Position numbers and translations under genes: made by a program | Shown: piece after piece, positions 45,474 through 54,980 of the stretch | Layout: the number at the start of each line of letters is the position of its first letter | Numbering within the stretch: the first letter of the stretch is position 1 | Notes under the pieces: model-generated | The model's database searches: none | What the model was told of the DNA's origin: nothing | The model's input: only the letters and a program-made list of their open reading frames with translations | From: a virus | Lineage: Duplodnaviria; Caudoviricetes | Length of the DNA stretch: 64,000 nt | Virus record (IMG/VR): IMGVR_UViG_3300038530_003085 | Coordinates: 32,001-96,000 of that record | Direction: 5' to 3' (one strand)

Positions 45474-45989
45474 TTAATCCACATAATTTTTATAGAAAAG
45501 TTTCAAACCACTTGAATTATGGCCGCCGGTGTGCCAATTAGAGTTCATTATATGAAAGGGCTGATTGATATGTGGCCAACCAAGAGCGTGTCCTAATTCG
45601 TGCTCAATGACTCTTTCTTTATTAGCAGTTTTAGGAAATACAAATATTTTTGCCTTAACAATTTCTTTTGTTTTGTTTGAGATTGTAATCCTTGTGGAAG
45701 CCAAATGATTTCCAAAGTCAAATTCTTGATTTGGCAACGTTATAATAATCTCACCATATCTGGGCTCACCGCAACTAATACTGTCATCGTATCTAATGTA
45801 ATCAAATTTATAGCCAAGTCTTTCCCAGTATTTTACAGACTGAGAAACACGATAACTATGCACACCAGAATTGTTGCATACTGTTATACCGGGTGCCATC
45901 TGCCATTCGTGCGTGCGAGTCCTCACTATCTCAGCGTAGTTTGCTGACTGTAGTCCCATCATCAGAAATAATAAATTGACAAACATCAT
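45474..45989 (-). CDS. matrixin-like zinc metalloprotease
   Basis: HELGHALGWPH plus Met-turn HIM; signal-like N-terminus. Confidence 0.85.
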   Translation of the reverse strand: MMFVNLLFLMMGLQSANYAEIVRTRTHEWQMAPGITVCNNSGVHSYRVSQSVKYWERLGYKFDYIRYDDSISCGEPRYGEIIITLPNQEFDFGNHLASTRITISNKTKEIVKAKIFVFPKTANKERVIEHELGHALGWPHINQPFHIMNSNWHTGGHNSSGLKLFYKNYVD

Positions 45990-46906
45990 TCATCTAACAC
46001 CTCACTGGTGCAAGATATTTCATCTAATAGACTTTTTATATCTAAACCGGCACAATCTATCTTTCTTTTACTAACGTGATAATGACTTACAAAGCCAGAG
46101 AACTTGCCATAAGCGACCTGCTGCTCGTATTTAGTTGATGTACTACCAAACTGGTTTAAGGGTGTTTGATACGGGATATTTGTTGCGTGATGAATCGCTT
46201 CCCAAAGTTTCTTTAACGCTTCAAGCTGAACAGGGTAAAACCCAGTAAATGGTTCAAGCTTTTCACCGTGCACCCAAGCATCGTCAATGACAGGGCGTTC
46301 ACCAAAGCCGTGTTTAGTATACCAGTTTTGATATTTTAAATAATAAGCGTTTGATATTTCAACACCGACAGAAGGTCTGTTAGTTCTATTTGAACCAGCA
46401 TGCCAAGCTGCGTGTTGAAGATCCATAGTTTGATAGATAGTTCCATCGTTATCGATAAGAAAATGAACTGATGCTCCTCGTCGATTGAGCACATTTTGAC
46501 AAGATTTAGAGTTTAAGCAGACATCCCAATGATTAACAAAATATCTGATTTGTCTTTTTGGTCGGCCGGAATAATCGTAGTAATTACCAGCCGGTGTCTC
46601 TATCCCACCCTTCTCGGACCACAAGACAAACTTGTCCCAATCAATTGGTACAAAATCACCGTTGTAAACAATATAATTGGAGAAGTGTTTGCTTTCAGGC
46701 TTGTAATTAGTAATTTCGGACTGTCTCTCAGTCCACAGTCTTCTAAATGTCGCAGGTCCGCATAGGCCATCCGCTGTTAGGTTTCTTGCTCTCTGCCATT
46801 TTTTAATTTCTCTGACTAATTTGTCATCAAAATATTTCTCTCCAAACCAAGAAGGTTCCCACCCAAGCTTCTTGGCGGAAGCCTCATTGTAGAAATTCTT
46901 ATCCAT
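45986..46906 (-). CDS. N-acetylmuramoyl-L-alanine amidase with peptidoglycan-binding domain (endolysin candidate)
   Basis: WQRARNLTADGLCGPAT; VNHW, SVHFLID, AWHAG, SVGVE, SHYH...KIDC. Confidence 0.88.
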   Translation of the reverse strand: MDKNFYNEASAKKLGWEPSWFGEKYFDDKLVREIKKWQRARNLTADGLCGPATFRRLWTERQSEITNYKPESKHFSNYIVYNGDFVPIDWDKFVLWSEKGGIETPAGNYYDYSGRPKRQIRYFVNHWDVCLNSKSCQNVLNRRGASVHFLIDNDGTIYQTMDLQHAAWHAGSNRTNRPSVGVEISNAYYLKYQNWYTKHGFGERPVIDDAWVHGEKLEPFTGFYPVQLEALKKLWEAIHHATNIPYQTPLNQFGSTSTKYEQQVAYGKFSGFVSHYHVSKRKIDCAGLDIKSLLDEISCTSEVLDE

Positions 46907-46922
46907 TACATATTACTTTATT

Positions 46923-47192
46923 TTATTCAGTAATTCCTATAACATAGTTGTCTAAAATTACATCATAATTAGTACTGCCAATAGTAATTTGCTCTACCAT
47001 CGAGCGATCAATGATGATTTTATTGTTTTGATGCAAATCAAATCTAACATCACTAGCAGCTTTAACTACAGTAACTTCAGAATATCTTTGTTCTTCAGGC
47101 TTGTAATCCTCTGGTAGTAATACAACCGAATTTGTCTCTGTTTGCTTGGGCGGCATTTTAATAAGTATATACCTGTTAACTGGATTAAACAT
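46923..47192 (-). CDS. groES: co-chaperonin GroES-like
   Basis: NPVNRYILIK, VVLLP, VTVV, YDVI...VIGI; 89 aa. Confidence 0.7.
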   Translation of the reverse strand: MFNPVNRYILIKMPPKQTETNSVVLLPEDYKPEEQRYSEVTVVKAASDVRFDLHQNNKIIIDRSMVEQITIGSTNYDVILDNYVIGITE

Positions 47193-47412
47193 ATCCTGTC
47201 TCCTTATGAATTAAGTTTTGTTGTGTAAAGTATTCTTCTTTTGTCAAAAATACATCTTTTCGCTTTGCACAGCGCTTACAGACCATTGTGAGATGTACGT
47301 TTTCACCCAGCATAGTCCTTACAGGGCCACGTGGAACATAGTAGCAACATGTATCTAAATCACCACATTTATCCCTAAGTTCTGCCTTTTTCATCAAATG
47401 ATTAAAATTCAT
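47185..47412 (-). CDS. small Cys-rich protein
   Basis: Start MNFNHL after GAGG; CKRC. Confidence 0.6.
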   Translation of the reverse strand: MNFNHLMKKAELRDKCGDLDTCCYYVPRGPVRTMLGENVHLTMVCKRCAKRKDVFLTKEEYFTQQNLIHKETGYV

Positions 47413-47422
47413 CAATACCTCT

Positions 47423-49390
47423 TCAGATTTCGCAAGATTCCCCATCACAATACTTTGTGCCAACACCTGCAACGTCAGTTTCAATTCTGTGGATTGGTGT
47501 AATATTTGCGGACATTTCCCTGTATTGTTCTTCGGTGATAGGTTCGTATGGTGCCTGCTCGTATCCAGTATCTTGGTATTTAAGAAATGATACCGCTTTA
47601 AGTCTAGTTTCATACATTTCTAATGCGTTTTTCAATTGCAGTGCTTCATCCTCTCTAAACGTCACAGTAACCGATACTGCATTGTCAGCCCAATAGTTCT
47701 GGTACTGTGCTGCAATCTCTAACTGCTCCCACATACTAACATCTTTCTTTCCTTTTGTAAAGAATTCTTCATGGATCGGAAACTCAACAACGGTTGTATT
47801 CGGTGAGTATTTATCTTTTTCTGTCTTATAGCCTGCTTTTTGTAACTGCGGCACAATAGGAGATGAGTTTGAAAACCTAATACGACGAATGTAGAACTCA
47901 CTCTCTGGGAAGTGTATTCCCGGTGTAGAGCCGTTTAATAGTGATACAGTACCGGAAGGCTTAATTGAGGTCATCTTGATTGATCTAGGTACACACAACC
48001 AATTGGAATATTCAGTATCTAGCTCTCGAACATAGTCGTAAGCATCATCACACCAGTCCATCATAGTGCGACGACCATGCTTGTTAAATGCCTGCACAAT
48101 ACCTGACTGTGAAAGTCCAATGCGGCGATTCTTTAACATCTTGGCATTTGTCTCTGGCCAGTGTGTATTTACAAGCGTGACGGTCTTTCCATATAGATAG
48201 GCACACTTCAATGTCTTAACATAGTCATCATAGTCTTCGTGTTTCGCCGGAAAAGTCTCAACCAGACAACACATTTCAGCATTATGTAGACTTTGCTCCA
48301 CACAAGGATTAAAGCCCATAACCTCTGCATCGTCATAATTGACACCATCCTTCATACGGCCAAATGCCCGGGCGTTTTCAAGCCAAATATATCCCGGCTC
48401 ACCGTTCTTTTGTGATTGTTCAGCATGCCAGTCATAAGTCATCCCAACTTCAGCGTTAAAAGAGTTATTAGAGCCCCAACGATGATGATAAAGCTTTTCT
48501 TGATCATTCTTCATTTCAAGATAACGGATATCATCGTGTTCGCCAATAGCTAAAGCTGCAGAGCGTCGGACATTGCCAGCCACCACGCATCGACCAATCA
48601 AGTTTTCAGTGTCTACAATATCAACAGAGGTGATCGGTTCTCCAATTTTCTCAGAATAAAGAGCTTTCAGATTATCGTGTAATTCAATAAGCGGTTGTGC
48701 ACCTGACGAAGTACCACCAAATCCTAAAATTGGAGCACCCTCTGGCCTGATTGCAGAGTAATCAAATCTAGGTACATTGGAGCCGTGAAAGAAACCATCA
48801 AGCAAGACATGAACAGAATTTACCCACCCTTCACGAGAATCATCAATTACAAGAGTATCATTTGTATATGTTGGTTCTTTGATGGTGATAGTGCCCGCAC
48901 CTTTGGTATCGAAGCCAACACCGACACCGACCATCAATGCATCCATAATCCAAGAAAATATATATCCACCTTTTCGATCTATATCTTGAGTTGAACGAAA
49001 AGCACAATTAAATAAAGCAGCACCCGTCCTCTCTTCAACAAACTTAGTACCCATCATCCATAAACCACGGCCGGGAGGTGTCCACTTAAGATTGAACAAT
49101 CGGTCAAAAGCATCCTTAGCAGTCTTTTGTGCTTTGTTATCATTCCACTCAAGACCAAGACTAACAACGTGCTGTTTTTGAATATGGAACATACCCTCAA
49201 TTACACGGCGACAAGTTTGCCACCACTCCTCAGTTCCAGTGGCGCCGGCTTCAAACTCGCTTAAACGTCTAGCATATGTTCTTTTGAACGTGACGTAACC
49301 AAGCGGGCCCCAAGGCACTTCTGCTGTTTTGTATGGCTCCACAAAGGAGTCGGATAATCTAAATTTTCTAATTGTGTCTAAAGTTCTCAT
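47423..49390 (-). CDS. nrdJ: class II (B12) ribonucleoside-triphosphate reductase
   Basis: PPGRGLW, FNCAF, GNVRRSA, NPCVE, IKPSGT, C-terminal CDGESC. Confidence 0.95.
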   Translation of the reverse strand: MRTLDTIRKFRLSDSFVEPYKTAEVPWGPLGYVTFKRTYARRLSEFEAGATGTEEWWQTCRRVIEGMFHIQKQHVVSLGLEWNDNKAQKTAKDAFDRLFNLKWTPPGRGLWMMGTKFVEERTGAALFNCAFRSTQDIDRKGGYIFSWIMDALMVGVGVGFDTKGAGTITIKEPTYTNDTLVIDDSREGWVNSVHVLLDGFFHGSNVPRFDYSAIRPEGAPILGFGGTSSGAQPLIELHDNLKALYSEKIGEPITSVDIVDTENLIGRCVVAGNVRRSAALAIGEHDDIRYLEMKNDQEKLYHHRWGSNNSFNAEVGMTYDWHAEQSQKNGEPGYIWLENARAFGRMKDGVNYDDAEVMGFNPCVEQSLHNAEMCCLVETFPAKHEDYDDYVKTLKCAYLYGKTVTLVNTHWPETNAKMLKNRRIGLSQSGIVQAFNKHGRRTMMDWCDDAYDYVRELDTEYSNWLCVPRSIKMTSIKPSGTVSLLNGSTPGIHFPESEFYIRRIRFSNSSPIVPQLQKAGYKTEKDKYSPNTTVVEFPIHEEFFTKGKKDVSMWEQLEIAAQYQNYWADNAVSVTVTFREDEALQLKNALEMYETRLKAVSFLKYQDTGYEQAPYEPITEEQYREMSANITPIHRIETDVAGVGTKYCDGESCEI

Positions 49391-50799
49391 TATTTGTTTT
49401 TCCTTTTTATATTTCTGAATTTAGCATATTTGTCTTGTAAGACTTCTCTCTGTTCTTTTGGTGTCAAAGCGACCGGACTAGTCGCTACTGCCGGCACCGG
49501 GCTTGATGGATTTGTCGGTATAACCGTGTTACTTTTTGGTAGAACCTTAATTTTAACACAAGAAGTATCCATGAATATATTATATATCATTCCGTCTGGT
49601 CCATTACGATTTTTTGCAATAAAAATCTTACCAGTATTATTTTGTTTGTCCTCAACAGTGCGGGACACGGACATAATAAAGTCCGCCACAAAGCATTTAT
49701 TAAATGCTTCGGAAATTTGTTCCATTGTGATCACCTCAGCATTAAGACCGGAACGATTCGTTTGTGAGGCAGTCCATATTGGACACTCAAACTCAGACGA
49801 CAAAGCTCTGAGTTCTTCGTAGATTGATTCTAGCTCTGCTCGTTTTTCTTTTCTCACAACAACTGGCTTCAGCAGATCTGCATAATCCACAATAATCATA
49901 CCCGGCACAGTTCCACGCTTCTTAAGCTTAGTCAAGTGAGAACGTATTGAATTGGTAGATGCTGACTTTGTAGGATACTCTTTTACGATTAGACGACCTT
50001 CAATGTCTTTAACAGATTCATAAATCTCTTCTTTAAAAGACATAAGGTTTGAAAGAGGATAACCAGTAATGCAACTATCGTATCTTGAGGCAACAACTGT
50101 GTCTTGCAGTTCCAAGGTGTAATGAACGACGGTCTTGCCTTCAAGCACTGCTTGTGCTCCCAAGTGAACAAGAACCATAGATTTTCCAGCACCGGTGGGT
50201 GCGACAACGACACCCAACTCTTGCATTCCCAAGCCACCACCACAAATTTTATCAATATCGTCCCAACCGGTTGTTATTGGCTTTCGATAACGAGGCTTAA
50301 ATCGTTCTTCAAAATCAGCCAGATAGTCATGACCAAAATTGTTTTCAGAACCTAATATTAATGAGTCATTAATGATTTTAGATATTTCATCAAAAGAGCA
50401 AGTCTGCAGTAGACCTACAGATTTCATCATTGCTTCTTTTAAGTTTTGTTTCCTACAAAAATCAAGCGATGTTTCTTTAACGTAGTCCGCGTCATTATCA
50501 ATATCTTTCGATAGTATTCTCGTAAAGTATTCTTTGACTTGATGAACTACTATTTCTTCTTCATCTTCAAGCTCAGTGTTTAAAATGGTGGCGATTGCAT
50601 TTGATGAGGGATGCGAGCCATAACGCTGTCTGTAGTTGATGATTTTGCTTGAAAACACGCGCAGGTATTCAAGATCTAGAAAGTTAAGATCTAAGACTTC
50701 CGTAATCTGGTCCGCAAACGGTCGATCTTGGTAAATCAGTTGAACTAGGTTTTCTTGAAACGATTTACCATAGTCTGCGAAATTAGGCTTACTCTGCAA
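49390..50799 (-). CDS. dnaB: replicative DNA helicase (DnaB/gp41-like)
   Basis: APTGAGKS, TLE, IVDYAD, ASQTNR, AKNRNG. Confidence 0.92.
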   Translation of the reverse strand: MQSKPNFADYGKSFQENLVQLIYQDRPFADQITEVLDLNFLDLEYLRVFSSKIINYRQRYGSHPSSNAIATILNTELEDEEEIVVHQVKEYFTRILSKDIDNDADYVKETSLDFCRKQNLKEAMMKSVGLLQTCSFDEISKIINDSLILGSENNFGHDYLADFEERFKPRYRKPITTGWDDIDKICGGGLGMQELGVVVAPTGAGKSMVLVHLGAQAVLEGKTVVHYTLELQDTVVASRYDSCITGYPLSNLMSFKEEIYESVKDIEGRLIVKEYPTKSASTNSIRSHLTKLKKRGTVPGMIIVDYADLLKPVVVRKEKRAELESIYEELRALSSEFECPIWTASQTNRSGLNAEVITMEQISEAFNKCFVADFIMSVSRTVEDKQNNTGKIFIAKNRNGPDGMIYNIFMDTSCVKIKVLPKSNTVIPTNPSSPVPAVATSPVALTPKEQREVLQDKYAKFRNIKRKNK

Positions 50800-50820
50800 A
50801 GTTGCTCCCGTCGATTAATA

Positions 50821-50848
50821 AGTATAACTCAATTCGGTGTAAAGTCAA
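50821..50848 (-). promoter_or_regulatory. sigma70-type promoter
   Basis: TTGACT-N16-TATACT. Confidence 0.55.
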
Positions 50849-50850
50849 AC

Positions 50851-51822
50851 TTAGAAACAATCAATTTTGATTCGATTCATATTAGTTTTTAAGTCTTCCC
50901 AGTTAAGTTCACCGAAACCATCTTCCATCATTTTCCGATAGATTTCTAACTGGTTGAAATTACATTCAAAGTTCTCAATTGCATTGTCAATAAACGTCTT
51001 AGACTGAATCGAGAGTTGTGGAGAATACAGTTGCATCATTTTGTAATTATGTTCGATCACTTGACGGCCGTCAATAATATTTGTGAAGAATTTTAGTTTA
51101 CTATCTGCATTTTCACAGAATAATATTACATCATCAATCGTATAATCTTTTTCAGATGCTAAGAATGACAATCTTTTCTTTACTGATGTAATGCCAGCAC
51201 CTTTGATACCCGGTAGATTATCGGATGCATCACCAACAATTGAGCGTGCCAAGGCCATATTAGTGGGGTGTACGCCAAAGGTTTCAATAACACGCTTGGT
51301 ATTCATTACTTCATCAACAGTGGGTCGATAAAGAATTGTATCCTCATCGCAAAGCTGAAGGAAATCTTTGTCATTGGAAATAATAACTTTTTGCCATCCA
51401 TCGTAATGACTCATTTTAGTCACATACGCAATAACATCGTCGGCCTCTACCTCTGGAATCATGATCTGAACAATAGGCATCTGGTTAATGTAGTCAATTG
51501 TCCTACTCTGTTGCCAAATCTTATTTTCTGTTATCTGATCGTCAGTTAGATTATTAACAGAACGGTTAAGGCGGAGTGGCTTACGGCCGGCCTTATAATT
51601 TTTGTCCATACTGCGACGTTTTCTAGATCCATTTGGACCGTCCCAGACAATCACAACTGAGTCTGGCTTTGTCATTCTCACAAGTTTCTGAAGAATCTTA
51701 AACGAGCCCTTAATACCGCCGATAGGATCACCATTGGTTGATAGCGACGGGTCCACAATGTAAGCCCTCAGAAACATATTGAGGGCATCAATAATGATGA
51801 CTCTTTTCTTATCTGTTGTCAT
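50851..51822 (-). CDS. 5'-3' exonuclease / RNase H (FEN family)
   Basis: IIDALN, YKAGR, EADDVI, SNDKDFLQL, GDASDNLPGIKGAG. Confidence 0.93.
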   Translation of the reverse strand: MTTDKKRVIIIDALNMFLRAYIVDPSLSTNGDPIGGIKGSFKILQKLVRMTKPDSVVIVWDGPNGSRKRRSMDKNYKAGRKPLRLNRSVNNLTDDQITENKIWQQSRTIDYINQMPIVQIMIPEVEADDVIAYVTKMSHYDGWQKVIISNDKDFLQLCDEDTILYRPTVDEVMNTKRVIETFGVHPTNMALARSIVGDASDNLPGIKGAGITSVKKRLSFLASEKDYTIDDVILFCENADSKLKFFTNIIDGRQVIEHNYKMMQLYSPQLSIQSKTFIDNAIENFECNFNQLEIYRKMMEDGFGELNWEDLKTNMNRIKIDCF

Positions 51823-52009
51823 AATATTCTCTCCATAATTTATCTCGCATTGAAATAGCCATTGAAATCATATGGTGCAATTTAGCCCACTCAGGATTTT
51901 TTGACAATATCCTCTCAGCTATTTCGCCGGGCTGAGGAAATTCATCCGGTGTCCAATCAAGTGGCACTTTTTCACAAGCACCACAAATATGGTGGTGTGT
52001 CTTCTTCAT
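51809..52009 (-). CDS. hypothetical protein
   Basis: Start MKKTHH after GGAGGG. Confidence 0.6.
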   Translation of the reverse strand: MKKTHHHICGACEKVPLDWTPDEFPQPGEIAERILSKNPEWAKLHHMISMAISMRDKLWREYYDNR

Positions 52010-52060
52010 AAAAAAACCCTCCGACTGATTTATTATAACCAATCGGAGGGCCAGAGTCAA
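52010..52060 (-). terminator. intrinsic terminator with an embedded sigma70 promoter
   Basis: CCCTCCGATTG..CAGTCGGAGGG-T7; TTGACT-N17-TATAAT with the -10 in the loop. Confidence 0.75.
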
Positions 52061-52069
52061 GTATTTTCT

Positions 52070-53212
52070 TTACTCTTTTACAGGAACTGATATATCTTCT
52101 GGATCTTCGTAAAACTCTTTTGCGTTCCCTTGCCGCTGATCGAACTTCTGCACGATCTCTTCATCCATTACTTTGAGGACACGATTCCTAAACTCCTGAT
52201 CGGAAGTAATGATACTGGTCCACTTGGATGGTTGAAACTTTTTTGTATATCCGTCAGGAGTGGCGAATGTATACCACGCACCTGCGGAAGTTAGGTGTTC
52301 CGAACCTTTGATTGCATCAAACCAAGACTCCTCATCTCGGATCCCAACATCGTCAGTGCCCCACATGATACGGAAAGCACAAGAGCGACCTTGAGTGCCG
52401 AAACGAGACTTCTCAAGCTTCACCTTAACTTCGGAGCCGATACGGAACCCTCGTTCATCTTCAATAAATGCTGACTTAGCTTTTCGGCCAGTCAACCAAA
52501 TACGAAGTGAATAAGCATAGTGCATCGCCTTACCACCGGGGGTGATATAAGGTGTTGTCATTGCTATTTGTCGGGCCATCGGACCCTGTGGAATATTTGT
52601 CTTCAACTGATTGAGGACAATGAATGTTGCTCGTTTATCCGCAATCGGAATAACAAGCTTTGACATTCCCTTCGCGAGAATGCGGGCTTTGACAGCCATT
52701 GATGATTGAGGATTGAAATCGCCCTCAACATCTGAAATTGATGGTGTGAATGCCAACGAATCCCAAATGAACACTAGTTGTTCGTCGGTTGCACCCAATA
52801 GTTCTTCGATAGTCTCAAGCACAAACTCTACGGAGGAAGCTTGCACATACATAAGGCGATCTAAATCGCAGCCTGCTCGCTCCAAAAACATTGGATCGAT
52901 AGCAGACTCAGAATCAAAATAAACGACCATCTTGCCCGCTTTCTGGGCATTTGCAGCAATCTGCGTTGCCATATAAGACTTACCAGTTGCTTCCAATCCT
53001 GCAATCTCGGTAATCTTGCCAACTGGAATACCAGCTACTTGCCCTTTGGCAATGATAGAATCAAGCCATCGTGAACCAGTTGGAATCCACTCTTTTACAG
53101 CAGTTGGGTTATCACCCGTCAGATTGTGTGCTACATTCTGTCCTGCTTTTTTATTAACAATCTTCATCAAATCTTGCATATCTACACGACCTGCTTTTGT
53201 GGCTTTTGCCAT
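52070..53212 (-). CDS. recA: RecA/UvsX recombinase
   Basis: IPTGS, GLEATGKS, FDSE, WDSL, NQLK, TPGGKA, KSRF. Confidence 0.93.
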   Translation of the reverse strand: MAKATKAGRVDMQDLMKIVNKKAGQNVAHNLTGDNPTAVKEWIPTGSRWLDSIIAKGQVAGIPVGKITEIAGLEATGKSYMATQIAANAQKAGKMVVYFDSESAIDPMFLERAGCDLDRLMYVQASSVEFVLETIEELLGATDEQLVFIWDSLAFTPSISDVEGDFNPQSSMAVKARILAKGMSKLVIPIADKRATFIVLNQLKTNIPQGPMARQIAMTTPYITPGGKAMHYAYSLRIWLTGRKAKSAFIEDERGFRIGSEVKVKLEKSRFGTQGRSCAFRIMWGTDDVGIRDEESWFDAIKGSEHLTSAGAWYTFATPDGYTKKFQPSKWTSIITSDQEFRNRVLKVMDEEIVQKFDQRQGNAKEFYEDPEDISVPVKE

Positions 53213-53282
53213 TCTAACTCCTTTTGAAATAAAGCAGCAGACTTTGACCGGTCTGCCAGCGGTTTCCCACACACTAGACTAT

Positions 53283-54056
53283 TTACTTATTGCTCATAAG
53301 TTCATCAAACGCTCGATCGACATCACTAGTGGAGCTACCTTTTCCATACGCTGTAGTCTCACTGGACAGAGATTCTGCAGATGATGGGTTTACTAATTGT
53401 TCATCGAGAATCGCGTCGATTTCTTCGGGGGTTTTGCGCTCGAAGAGCGAAGAAAAATCCGGCATACGATCGAGGAGGGCAGGGATCGCTTCTGTATCTT
53501 CTAAAAGTGAAGATGTGTTACGCCGCATTTTCATGCTAGTCTGCGGATAAGCTCCGGGGGCTGTTGGCTTGGTATAGGTGAGTGTAATGTCTGTGCCTTC
53601 TCCAATATCGGTGATATCTCCGTATTCTGGATCAAGAATGTAGCCAAGGAGAAGTTCGTAAGCCTTCTTACCATAACCATAAACCTTGATACCTTCACTC
53701 TCGCGTCCTCGAACAACAACTGGCGAGAAGTAGCGGCCGCGAACAAATAGTGACTTTGCAAGCTTCTTAGCTTCCTCATCATTATTTTCTGTGCCATCCC
53801 TCCATACTGCAGAGGCAAAATCACACACAGGGCAGCGTTCTCCAAAGTTACGCTTCGGACACAAAATACCACCCTTGTGCTCGCCTACATTATAATGAAA
53901 GAACATCTCCTTTAGAGGATCACCATCACTTGTTGGCACGATACGAATATCAGTATCTCCCTCATCTGGTTTAAAAAACAGCGAATCGCCGTCTCGTTGC
54001 CCTTCACCACGCAATGTGGCAAGTTTCTTTCGCATTAGTTCCATATTGATTGACAT
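53283..54056 (-). CDS. single-stranded DNA-binding protein (gp32-like)
   Basis: FFKP..G...IRIVP, H..C..CPVC, DITD...G.DI, acidic C-terminus AFDELM. Confidence 0.8.
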   Translation of the reverse strand: MSINMELMRKKLATLRGEGQRDGDSLFFKPDEGDTDIRIVPTSDGDPLKEMFFHYNVGEHKGGILCPKRNFGERCPVCDFASAVWRDGTENNDEEAKKLAKSLFVRGRYFSPVVVRGRESEGIKVYGYGKKAYELLLGYILDPEYGDITDIGEGTDITLTYTKPTAPGAYPQTSMKMRRNTSSLLEDTEAIPALLDRMPDFSSLFERKTPEEIDAILDEQLVNPSSAESLSSETTAYGKGSSTSDVDRAFDELMSNK

Positions 54057-54107
54057 TAGTTTTTCTCCTATTGTTTGTTAAAGTATTCTGTGCGTTCCAC
54101 AGAATCT

Positions 54108-54136
54108 AATGTATCACTCTTGCTCTAGCTTGTCAA
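54108..54136 (-). promoter_or_regulatory. sigma70-type promoter for ssb-recA
   Basis: TTGACA-N17-TACATT with extended TG. Confidence 0.65.
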
Positions 54137-54980
54137 GAGTATTTTTGTTTGATTGTGTCGCATTTGTATGGGCCACGACAAACCCAAAGTCTGGTAATTC
54201 TGTTTCATAAATTGAATATGAAATCTTGCGAAAAGCATTCCTTGGCTTACTTTTCAAGATATCCACAAGCTTTTTATGTAGACCCACTTCCCCCTCAAGT
54301 CGGTCAGAATTTATACACATATAATAGCACAATTCTCGCTCCATGTCAAGGTCGTAAAGCCACATTTCAGAAAGTTTTTTCATATCGAGCATTCCTACTG
54401 TGCGGATTCGACTGATCTCGCTTGGCTTCGACATGTTCCCAATATGCGGCTCAGTGTGCTCAAAATAATTTAAATAATGAACAGAAGAATAGATCGTATC
54501 ATTTAGCGTATCATAGTATGTTTTTAAGTTGATAGAGGAGTGAATTTTTTCAATGCTCTCGTTAGAGAAAATTGTAAAACTACGTAACATACCTGAGCGG
54601 GCGTATTCTTGTAGAACACCGAATACCATATTCTCAACTAAACGCGGTATACCGGTTAACAATTCGGTATCAGGTTTAATATAAAAGACATCAATATCTT
54701 TTTCTTTAATCTGCTCAAGAATCCCAAGACTGTAAATAGAACTTAAAGACGCACCGGTAACAAAGACTTGCACACGATCGTGACAATTACTAAAAAATTT
54801 AGTTAAATCTGGTATGTTCTTCTCATAATCTTCTGGTTTTTCATATGATTTTAATTTATATTTTTGCTTGGTATTTTTTTTAATCTTGTCGTTTAACAAA
54901 TAAACATCATACTGGGGGATGCTTTGAAATTTCGTAGCAATGGCTGATGCGGCATTGCCAATTCCAACAATTGAAATCAT
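54114..54980 (-). CDS. divergent tubulin/FtsZ-like protein
   Basis: N-terminal IVGIGNAASAIA; YIKP, IFSN and LNDTI positions fit the fold; GGGTG(T/S)G replaced by GASLSS. Confidence 0.55.
   Translation of the reverse strand: MISIVGIGNAASAIATKFQSIPQYDVYLLNDKIKKNTKQKYKLKSYEKPEDYEKNIPDLTKFFSNCHDRVQVFVTGASLSSIYSLGILEQIKEKDIDVFYIKPDTELLTGIPRLVENMVFGVLQEYARSGMLRSFTIFSNESIEKIHSSINLKTYYDTLNDTIYSSVHYLNYFEHTEPHIGNMSKPSEISRIRTVGMLDMKKLSEMWLYDLDMERELCYYMCINSDRLEGEVGLHKKLVDILKSKPRNAFRKISYSIYETELPDFGFVVAHTNATQSNKNTLDKLEQE

Noticed and set aside
40225-53212. Inteins or introns in dnaE, nrdJ, dnaB, recA
   Set aside because: Lengths are normal and no splice-junction or homing-endonuclease motifs were seen.
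26592-53212. Bacterial chromosome origin
   Set aside because: Housekeeping-like genes are divergent and interspersed with baseplate, tape measure and gp32-like genes in single-strand phage organisation.
54114-54980. Nucleus-forming (chimallin) phage
   Set aside because: A tubulin-like gene alone is insufficient; no chimallin or multisubunit phage RNA polymerase here, and promoters are host sigma70 type.
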